Part shown: positions 53,808-64,000 of the stretch, piece after piece
How positions within the stretch are numbered: the first letter of the stretch is position 1
Layout: every line of letters begins with the position of its first letter
Source of the DNA: Podarcis filfolensis
Taxonomy: Eukaryota
Assembly: GCA_964270895.1 (NCBI GenBank)
Contig: OZ185436.1
Length of the DNA: 64,000 nucleotides
Reading direction: 5' to 3' (one strand)
Made by a program: the position numbers and the translations under genes
Notes under the pieces: model-generated
What the model was told of the DNA's origin: nothing
Seen by the model: the letters and a program-made list of their open reading frames with translations, nothing else
The model's database searches: none

Positions 53808-55586
53808 CTGGGGATGGGAGGAGGCAAGGCAGAATTTTAAAATACTAAAAGCATGCCTATTTTTTTCACTCTACAAAGTGACCAAGCGAGAAATGCCTAT
53901 GTTAAATCACTTTAATAGTACCAACCCATTTTTGTTTTTTTAAAAAGTCCAATATATAGGGAAGGGCCAGTGGAAAAGCACCCACTTTGCATTCAGAAGC
54001 TGCTAGGCCATGCCACCACCCCACCCCATTTTTTAAATGGGCACCAGATTTTTAGGGCAATGGGTGGTGGGTAGTATAGCGTGTGTACTTTATTATTACT
54101 AATATTATCCACGAGGGCTTTAGTCAGACTGCTTTTGCAGTGTTCGTTGTACAGGCTTCAAACTATATATGAAAAAACCTTTCAGAGGAGACAGAGAGAA
54201 ATATTACATGTTATGCACTGCACTTGATTATTTTTAGGGCTTATTAGAATTGTCCAGAATGTTGCATACTTCAGCTGCCTATTGGCTTGTGCCAATGACA
54301 TCTCTGGATTAAGCAGTCGACTCCCACTTCCAATCATTAAAGCAGTTTCGCAATTGTAGATGAGGAATGCATATGTAGTTCTTTTAATAACAACAACAAA
54401 ATAGAACCAGGCAACCCACCACTACCCTAGCCACACAATATGCTGCTGTTTCAGTATCGCCTTATTTCTTCTTTTCTTTTCTTTTTTAAATTCACTACTC
54501 TAGTAGGTGAGGCTGTTATCTTATGGGTTTTTTAATCTTTATTTTAGGAAACAACTTTTCTTCTTCTTCTTCCCTGTAGCAATTTTTTCCCTCTCTCCCC
54601 CCTGATTCTGAGCAAGATGACTACTCATTTTTATTCTGTCTGTATGCTTATTTAGCGACTGAGTCAGAATTTCAGACATAGGGCCTCTATAGCATTAGAG
54701 TGGCCCTTTTTTTCCTCCTGCAAAGGTCAGGGGACAGAGAGGGATTATTAAGGGCTCATACGAGACACTTAAGTAAACTCTTGGGGCGGGCTGGGGTAAT
54801 AATTGCATATTTAAAACCCATAGATTTTTATACACAGTCACTCAAAATGTAAACTTTTAATTTACCTGCTTGCTAAAATGTTTATAATTTATAATTGACT
54901 ATAATTTATAATTTGACTATCACATTTTTAAAACTACCTGTCCAGTGCAGAAGGACAAAATCTGGTATCATGAATTCATGAAGACCCCAGAGACTACATA
55001 AAAGCATCTTCAGATTTGTATATTTTTTGCCACTGTAAATCATTAAAATCAATAAAATACAAAAGCCAAGCCTTCCATTTTTCTTATTACATTGTAATAG
55101 CTTATATAATTGTCTTTGCATATCACATTCTGATATTTATGTGTGATAAATGGCTTTGTACTTGGTATCTCCTATTCTCACATTGTATGAATGTATCTCT
55201 CTTCAAACAGGCACAAATCCTCTGCAAAAAGTATCTAAAGTTCAGGGTAGATACTCTTTAAAAAAAGAGAAAATGTTGTTTGCTCATTTACATTTAAGCT
55301 TGCTCCAAACCGGCTGCATTTAATTAAGTCTCTTAGTATGGATTAACAGTGCCTACGCAAGGGGCTAATCTGCATTAATTTATCTACATTAAATTAACAC
55401 GTTGCATAAAACTACCATGTTTTCTGTTGGACACGGAGAGCTACAGGGCTTGGGCAGGAAGGAAGAAGATAGTGGTTGTCTTCAAGGCAGACAATAGTTC
55501 CATATTCACATTTTTTCATTTTGGCAGAAGTAGCATTTAGGGAGGAAACTAAAGAGCACTTCAGCAGCTTTTTCCAATACTAAGTA

Positions 55587-55940
55587 CCGTATTTTTCGCC
55601 CTATAGGACGCACCGGCCCATAGGACGCACCTAGGTTTTTTTTGGGGGGGGAATAAAGAAAAAATAATTTATTTCCCCCCCAGCCGCGGCTTCAGTGCGC
55701 CCCGCGCTCCGGGCAGCAGGCTGCTATCCGCAGCCTAGGGAGCCCTGCGGGAACTCCCGCGGGCTCCCCAGGCTTGCTGATAGCTTCCTGAAGCCTGGAG
55801 AGCGAGAGGGGTCGGTGCGCACCGACCCCTCTTGCTCTCCAAGCTTCAGCGAAAGCCTGCATTCGCCCCATAGGACGCACACAGATTTCCCCTTCATTTT
55901 TGGAGGGGGAAAAGTGCATCCTATAGGGCGAAAAATACGG
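55587..55940. mobile_element. Tc2/pogo-like MITE, intact
   Basis: 27-bp TIRs CCGTATTTTTCGCCCTATAGGA(C/T)GCAC with one mismatch, TA on both sides, internal CATAGGACGCAC repeats. Confidence 0.9.
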
Positions 55941-57271
55941 TAATCATTGTAGTCCTCCCCTAGTTGAAATTTTGGCATTGTTTCAGCCTCTGTTTAAGAA
56001 GCTAATCAAGTAATATCTGATTTTATTTCAATATCCATGGTAACAGATCCTCCATCCCTTGTTTTATAACAATCTTAATAGTTTTACAGGTATCAGGCAA
56101 ACATGCAGGTTATTAACTGAAACTATTTGGCTTACACTTAAGCATCAAAAAGCAACTGTGTGGAAACATATCAGTTAATAGCATTAAAAGTCAATAAATT
56201 AAATGTAATTGTTTTGGCAAGTTTATTTTACTCTGCCAAGCGTCCAGTCACAATCTGATTATTTTCAGGAACCATGGAAGACAGTTCTTAATTCTGATAA
56301 CCTGTTTCTACTACAGTTATGTATTCTCAGATTTAAAGTGTATAATTACACAACCATTAAGCTTGTAGCATGCAAAGTTAAAAAAGAACATTTATTTCTG
56401 GCATCATACCCCGAATTAGTAGGGTTTAGCAGCCTAGTCCTTTGAGCTGTCAGTCACATCTCACGGTACTAGTTGCATGAAGGAATGGAATGAAGAAAGG
56501 AAGATGAAAAGGTGGCATTGAGGAATCAGTCCCTGGGACATTTTTAAAAAAACAAACATGCAAAAGGCCTTGCTAAGACTGAGGGAAGATGGGGATTGTT
56601 GTGATAATATGTCTGCCACCTCTCCTTGCTTGGCCTGTTCTTTGCAACTGACCAGAGAATTCCGCATAGCGCCAGATCCTTCCTCTCTGCTCACTTGGCC
56701 CATGCCCTCAGCCTCCCTGTTCCAGCATAAATATTTATATTTGCAAAAGGGGTGGGACCTCCGTTTCACATGAGTTCTGTGCAAATCAAAAAAGTTATAG
56801 GATCTCTACTAAAGCAACAGGACACAAGTTGGTTTCAGTATTAAAATATGTGCATACAAACTGATTATGTTGGCCCAGCTTAAATATATTTCGAGGACTG
56901 GGCTGTCCTGGAGCAGTTAAGGGAAGACAACATGTGAAGGGAGAGCAGCTAGACAACAGCATTCTGAACTAGCAAGGAATGACATTATACAAGGATCTCG
57001 AGATTTAACATTCACCAGCTTGACCAAAGTACTACATAGTTGTTCTGCATGTCCTATTAGAACATCGTTAAATTTCAGCTTCTCTGCAAGATAGTATTGT
57101 TTAATCATTCACATGCACTATGAAATGCTGTGGGTTTTGCCTTTTATGATGCGATTTCAAACAGTTTAGACTATGATCAAAAGTACACCAATACCATCGT
57201 CTTAAAAGTTTTAGTTCCCTGGAAACAACTCTAAATGATTTCAGTAAATCTAAGTACCAAATAAGTAACTT

Positions 57272-57421
57272 AATAAAATGGAAGGAGTAGGAGGTATATT
57301 ACAGTCAGAAGAAGAGAGAGGTAATGAGGAATGAATAACAGAAATGTGATTTATGTTGGTTGTTTTCATCACCTCCTTTTTCTTCCTGTTCTATTATTCC
57401 TCCTACTCCTTCAATTTTATT
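57272..57421. repeat. Long inverted repeat H1
   Basis: 57272-57330 pairs without gaps with 57363-57421. Confidence 0.9.
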
Positions 57422-57702
57422 GTATCTCTTTAGGCAGTATACACACTATACTTTTATAGTGCATTTTAAGCACATTCTTTTCCTCTAAGTATTCTGAGTG
57501 CTGAAGTTTGTTATTGGTTGCTATAAATTATAACTCTTTGGAGGTTAAACTACAGTACCCAGAATTCTTTGAGGGAGGGGAATGTGCTTTAAAGGTATAG
57601 TGTGGACACTGTCTTATTCTTCATTTTCGAACATTTGATGCTATTTCTATTTTTTCTTCACTTCAATGTACTGCTTATCTTCTTGATCCAATTCCCTCTC
57701 CC

Positions 57703-57932
57703 ATTTTAGTAAATATTGATTTGTTTTTCTCTTACCTATACCTTTCTTCAAGCATTGTTTCTTCTTGCTTTGAATATGCTAGTTTCCAACAGTCATAAAA
57801 TTGTCCACATATATTTCCCCCCCCCCCCCAGCTTTGGGAAGCTAGCATTTTTAAAGCAAGATGAGACAACGCCTGACGAAAACAAAAGAGGTAAATTGTG
57901 CGTGGTGGTGAGGGCCCAATATTTACTAAAAT
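57703..57932. repeat. Long inverted repeat H2
   Basis: 57743-57787 pairs with 57837-57881; 57703-57718 pairs perfectly with 57917-57932. Confidence 0.9.
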
Positions 57933-58823
57933 TGATTTAGATCAGGGGGGACTTAACTGCTCCTCTTAATCTTATCTAAATGTGACAGTTTTCTTTCATC
58001 TAATTTTTTATGGTCTTTTTCAGCTGGTTTTTGACTCAAACATTCTACTGAGATTGCTCTGTGGAAAATCTAAAGTGGTATTATATGCTGAAATACACCA
58101 GCTTTCTCTGTATGTACTTTCATCAGCTTTGGGTACAGGTGATCATTATGTGCTTCTTTTACAGTTCTTTGGGACTGGACACTCCTGCTTTCACTCCTGT
58201 GTCATAAAAGCTTCGTTTAAGTCTTCCTCAATTATTATTCTAAGCCCTCTTCTCTTCACTCTTTATATGCTTTCTCTTAGCAATCCAATTTATTCTTGTG
58301 GCTTGTAATGTGTCACTGTTATACGAATGATTTCAAGCTCTATTGTTTGGTCCTCCCCTCCCCTTTACCAATACTTTATTTCAAATTGTCTGTATCTGCC
58401 TGGATGTCACTGTGCAAAAGATACTTTGCCTTCTCTTCCAAAGTTCCAATTGGCACCAACCTTCAGTCTTTTCTACAGTTAAAGGGTTTTGGTGTTATCT
58501 TTGATCTCTTTCTATTTCCGCTCACATGTCTACCTAAGTTCTGCCAATTTTATTTCTATAAGATTTCTAAATTTGTTCTTAATATCAGTGAACATTCTTA
58601 TTCAGACCTACAGCCTACCTTGTGTTAACTACTAAAATGTCTTGATCACTGATCTTCCTGTTTCTCAGTTTAAACATATTATTTCTGTTTTCTCTTTTCT
58701 GCTTTCTTTCCTAATTCTTCAGTCATTTTATACCTCTCTATATATTTCCCTTCACAGTCTTCATGAAGTTTAAACTTCTTAAACGGTAATAAAAGAAGTT
58801 TAAACTTCACATAAAGCAGTACA

Positions 58824-58919
58824 GGAAGGAACACTGATAGAAAAAGGGGCAAGAATATGAATAGATATGAAGGTTACGTCTGTTCATGTTTTTGCCCCTT
58901 TTTCTATCTGTTGCTTTCC
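58824..58919. repeat. Near-perfect hairpin H3
   Basis: 58836-58865 pairs with 58879-58908 (27 Watson-Crick plus 3 G-U on +). Confidence 0.92.
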
Positions 58920-60169
58920 ATTTTTCTCTTTGGTCCCTCTGTTAATAAAGCACTGATGTTTTTAATTAAATCTCTACTATATGGTTATATTTCTTATCCC
59001 CATGCTTTCTTTCTTATGTCTAGGACTGTTTTCCCTTTACATTTTTGACCAGCCCCTTCATCTCACGAAGAAACAGTTTTTAAAACTTCTGTCTTGATGT
59101 GCTATATGGATTTTTTCTTTGTTTCTTCCTTACTCCTAAAGTTCATTATTGTAGTCTTTTAACGCTTTCCTTCTTTCAGATAGCGCAGCTCCACTTCCCT
59201 TCCCTTTTGTTTCTTCATAGCTTCTGAACCTGTAAACAGGGACTTATTTCTGTACAATGGCCTAGGAGCATATGTTAATAATTTTATAACTAAAAAATTA
59301 CAAAATAAGTTTACTTTTGATAACTATGACTCTAAGTGCCATCAGAAAGGGGAGGAAGAACTGGACTTTTCAACAGTTGTTTTGAATAGACACAAAACTT
59401 TTAATTTCAAGAAGAAGAGAATTACTGAGGTATAAAATTACCACAGACCAACCACAGAGGCTTTCAGTAATGCAAGTGCCATTCTTTGAAATATGTTAAC
59501 AGACATGCATTGAGGATGGAGCTTCCTTCAAATATTGTGCTCAGATTTTACAGACTAAATTCTGTTATTTTATTCTCTTCCTTCCCTGAGCTCATAAGCT
59601 ATTAGTCATTATCTCGTTTTAAGCATGATTCATTGCACCTATTCCAAAATTCTGCCACATTTGGCAATTATGCCTAGCATGAGACAATTTGCATCTGTAA
59701 TAGATTGCAACACCCAACGCAGCACAACAAATGAGGAGCAAGTAGGTGTTTGCTTCGTGCTGTAACTAGCAAAATCATTTTTAAAATTAAGAATAGCATG
59801 CCTATGCCTGTGCTCAGCTGCCAGAAAGAAGCTCACTTTTACTGTGACAGTAAATCACTAGTTATCAGGCTCTATACCCCTTGTATGAGGGGAACATGTG
59901 TTTCCAGAAATCATCTCCCTTTGCAGCCACTGGCAGTTAATTTGGACAGTACTGAAACAGATGGACTTTGTATAAGGCAGCTCCCTCCGTTACTATGTTA
60001 CTATGCCCAGTGTTTTCTCTTAAAATCTTAGAATCCTTCTGGGAATTCATAATGGCTACCAGGCAAAGACAGCAGTTACCCTGCTTTGACCCAGCCAGGA
60101 TTACTGCCTTGGCATACCGGGATAATTTCTATCATATACAAATTTTATATACCATGATAGCTGTGACTG

Positions 60170-60238
60170 GCATTGCAGGGGATTGGACTAGATGACCCAT
60201 GGGATCCCTTCCAACTCCACAATTCTCTGATTCTATGA
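60170..60238 (+). mobile_element. CR1 extreme 3' end
   Basis: TTGGACTAGATGACC...TTCCAACTC...ATTCTCTGATTCTATGA. Confidence 0.7.
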
Positions 60239-60603
60239 TAACCATAAAGTAGCTTTTAAAGTGTAGGATAGAATCCTGCTTTCTGCACAGTGTGGTAAAG
60301 GATACCTGTCTAAGCTGACAGGTTGTGCGATCATGTCCTATTGCAGGAAGGGGAGCCTTTCACAGCCTGAAGATCACATTCCCTCATGGGTCCCCTGTGG
60401 GGGCTGCACCCCATTGGTGGGTGGAGCCAGGTGTAAAAGTAGGCACAGCAATGGATGTGGATTCTTAAACTTCTCCAGTAGTTTACATTCCGTCCATGCA
60501 AACGTCAGCTGATGCAAAACGCAGCAGCCTAGATTGCATCTAGGGTTTCCCTTTCAGAACTCTGCATTCTTTCCCAGTTTGTTTCTTAGCACAATTTGAA
60601 TTA

Positions 60604-60836
60604 CAGTGGTACCTCGGGTTACATATGCTTCAGGTTACATACGCTTCAGGTTACAGACTCTGCTAACCCAGACATAGTACCTCAGGTTAAGAACTTTGCT
60701 TCGGGATGAGAACAGAAATCGTGCTGCGGCGGCGCGGCAGGCCCCATTAGCTAAAGTGGTGCTTCAGGTTAAGAACAGTTTCAGGTTAAGAACGGACCTC
60801 CAGAACGAATTAAGTACTTAACCCGAGGTACCACTG
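60604..60836. mobile_element. Tigger/pogo-like MITE, intact
   Basis: 18-bp perfect TIR CAGTGGTACCTCGGGTTA, TA on both sides, internal CAGGTTA repeats. Confidence 0.9.
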
Positions 60837-63800
60837 TAGTAGTAACTGCCTATAAAGCTCCCAGCACTAGGATGCCTGCCTGATTCATGGCTTATCTATT
60901 TGCATTTCAGTGTGCTACAAAACCTTGTTTATTTTGCCATGCCTTTCAGTTTGGTTTTGTCTCTCCACCCTTCCCCACATATTTTAATGTATGGCTTCTA
61001 GTTTTTAGTTTAGTTCTAAGTTTAGTCTTTATTAGTTTATGGATGGTATATTGTTTTAATCAATGCACAGGGTCCTTATGAAAAGCCAGAAGACAATATT
61101 TTCATATTTATTAAAATATTTATAATAAATAAACCAAATGGGAGTTACTTTTGAATAGACATGTACCAGATTGCGTTGTCAGTCTTCTAATTATAAAAGA
61201 CCTGTGTGAACCCATTGCACACAAAAGGAGAGTATGCTTTCTGTGAGGAGTGTATTTTACTTCTTAACTCTCCCATACATTACTCAACAGTTAAACCTGA
61301 AAAACCTGCCAATGCAGTCTAACATTTGATGACAATGCACTGTGTTTACTAGACCCGATAACGGTCAAAAATTACCACATAACTTAGGTTCAAAAAAGCA
61401 AGTCACTTACAAAGGAACTGTGGTAATTAGGGAAGAAAAGGCTTTAGCATTATGGGCCTAAGTGATGTCTGACCATTTTGTTTTGTTTCTAACGCACAGA
61501 TCAAGGACATTTCTGACATGTGCCCCAACAACAGTTTAGCATTTGCGTGATACTGCTTCACATTCTTTTCCAATGCCTTTAGTGCAATAGTTTGTATAAT
61601 AAATAGGAAAAATAGCTGTTACACCTCCTGTTCCATTAAAAAAAAACTAGACTTGTGTACCTAGGAAGGGATAGGCAGAGTCTTTAGATATATATTTTTC
61701 AAAACCAACCAATATTTAAAGTGGATTTGTATGCTTTAGAGATAAAGATTTCCCTCTTTAGCCCTCACATCAATTCTAATGAGGAAAACCAGGAACAGAT
61801 GAAGGCGCTCAGCAGAGAAAGGAGAGGGTGTAAGTGAACTTGTGGCATGTTCCTGACTCTCCAAACCATTACAAATATGGCATCCAAACTGAGCCATTGT
61901 GAATCAGTTCGTCTCTTGAACACTGTCTACTCCCTAATACACTGTTCCGGATACAGAAATAACTAAGATGAACTTACATATTTGCTGTCCTTGTTGTACA
62001 GAAACACAGCACATTTCTTGAAGTGTTTTTTCTTCTTCAGACATCTCCACCCTGACCCTACCATTGCCCCATGCCTCAAGGCTTCTGGCACCCAATAGGA
62101 ATGGGTGCATGCAGAAAATAATTACCAGCTTTGCCCCAAGTAGTTATAATTATTTTTATTTAATGGCACAGGCAGCATTTTCCCCTCAAGCATAAAGCAA
62201 ATGAAAAAAGTTTTCACTTTGAAAGGAGACTGAAATTATCAGCAAAATGGTGCACACAAAGTTGTATCATCTTTTTTCCTTGAGCAGAGTCAATGATTAC
62301 TGCTCCATTTCTATGGGTTCATTTTACCATTTATCAGCAGACATAAGGAAGGCTAGAACTGTTCACAACTAAAGTCTATTGCAGTTTGCAACTTGAAATG
62401 TCTACCTTTCCAGCTACCAGCAGATTTGGTACCAATTGGCAGATCAGCTTGATGGGAAGGACTCAGTTTCAAATGGCAGGCTGAATCTACTCACAAGAAT
62501 CTCATGAACTGAAACTATTAGCTGAATATCTGCAAATAGCTACAATAAGAATATGCTGTGAAGAATGACCAAAAAGTGAGTCCCCATCTCTCCTGGGAAG
62601 AGGCAGGATGGTGTTCACATACCATGATGATGTAATTCCATGCCTATTTACAAAGAAGTTAGTCCCATTAATTACATTTGAATAATGCTTAGAACTGGAC
62701 TGCATGGGTGCAATCCTGCTGCTACTGAAGTCAGTGACAAGTCTGTCATTGGATGGTGCAGCCATCGTCAAAAATGAACTCATTAAATTTTTGATGTGGA
62801 ATCATATTCTGAGGAAGTTTTTATTTTGCTTTGCATCAAATCAAATTAAAGAGATGCGTAGGTTCAGGTTTTCAGCTGCATCTGACATGGTCTGAGCCTC
62901 TCATTTGTCAGGTTCAATGAAGGAATGAACTATAAATAAATGTTCCAGTGTTAATGCCAAAAATACTCATCCTATCCATATCAGTTCTTCAGAAACACTT
63001 GGTAGTGCTATTATAATCTTGTGCTATACTTATTCTCGTCTTTTCCTTTTTTAAAAACATAATTCAGACCCTTATCCACCTTTACTACTTTTAGGCGGAT
63101 GTCCATATGTCTTGCACTGTTCTAAATATTTTGCATATCAGCAGGCTAAAAAAATTCATCATCTTGATTAAGATACATGTGGTGAATTCTTCACTCTCTG
63201 TTTATTAGGGTAATACCATTCAGAGCCTATACTTAATCTCCTGTGAGAGCCAGCTCTACCATTAGGCAGAGACAGCTGCCTTAGACAGCTATGGGGTGTC
63301 ATGAAAGGGTAGTAAATCGAAAGTTATTTAATTTGCCGTATTTTTACTGCTAAGAAGGGGAGAGACACTTGTGGGATTTTCTGTCTCATGTGCAAAATAA
63401 ATTGACTACCTTTGAGTACTAGACACCTTGTCTTGGCAGTGGGTGAATTGGAAGCATTTGCTCTTCCACCTCAGACAGAAAAATGGGCTAGCCAATCACC
63501 ATGTTTGCAGCTACAAGAAGAAAGATATATGCTACATTGGGGTAATGTACATTGTTTTCCTTGGTCTTTACCCTAGAAACAAGCTCCTGATGGAAGAAAT
63601 TATCACATGACCATTTCCCTGTTTGTCAGTGTCCACCACGGAAACCACGTGAGCTACCAGTGGAGGTAGAGATAGCATTCTGGATGCTGAGAAAGGAAGG
63701 TGCATAGCTGTACATGCATGGGGGCAGTGTGAGAATGAATGAATGAGTGCGTTGGTGGGTGTAAGGTAGAGTTTAAAAGGGAGGTTCACGGCAGATGAAT

Positions 63801-63886
63801 GGGTTATCCCCAGCCACTTTTGGCTTCAGACCTATCCACTCAGAGGCGGAGCTAGCTGCTCCGGTACCCGGAGTGGCACACATGCG

Positions 63887-63944
63887 TCCCAGGGGGGTGC
63901 AGCCCACAGTGAGCATCCCAGGGGGGTGCAGCCCACAGTGAGCA
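63887..63944. repeat. 29-bp tandem repeat (2 copies plus a partial)
   Basis: TCCCAGGGGGGTGCAGCCCACAGTGAGCA twice, inside a GC-rich probable transposon starting near 63841 and cut by the window edge. Confidence 0.85.
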
Positions 63945-64000
63945 TCCCATGGGGGCGGCATGGCGATGCCACCTCCCACGCCAATGACACCCAGGGCGAA

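Larger units (their letters stand above)
57420..59230 (-). mobile_element. Heavily decayed L1-like remnant
   Basis: A-rich minus strand; QYLLKWERELDQ near 57700 (like the ORF2 C-terminus); EDQ*SR and EIERDQR near 58500-58660 (ORF1-like). Confidence 0.35.

Noticed and set aside
58022-58103. Possible fifth hairpin in the cluster (AGCTGGT...ACCAGCT)
   Set aside because: Only 7 plus 5 bp of clean pairing; not distinguishable from chance by eye

Overview
Vertebrate genomic DNA, most likely a lacertid lizard (inferred from the repeat families). It carries three spliced genes in the order known from human 17q25.3: complete FOXK2 (+, 9 coding exons, 654 aa), complete WDR45B/WIPI3 (-, 10 coding exons, 344 aa) and RAB40B exons 2-6 (-, exon 1 beyond the right edge). 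All exons were delimited by hand with GT-AG ends and consistent phases. The rest is intron or intergenic DNA with CR1, L2, L1-like, Penelope-like, SINE, 5S-derived, hAT and Tc1/mariner MITE fragments. No prokaryote-type system is present and I cannot claim a proven new system. The best unexplained signal is a cluster of four inverted repeats in 1.65 kb of RAB40B intron 1 (57272-58919), in an apparent L1 remnant, one resembling a pri-miRNA. Other leads: a 15-nt in-frame FOXK2 microexon candidate, a UG-flanked poison-exon candidate in RAB40B, a nested and chimeric transposon stack upstream of WDR45B, and a MITE with NRF1 and ETS motifs. Comparisons with human proteins and repeat consensuses are from memory, not database searches.
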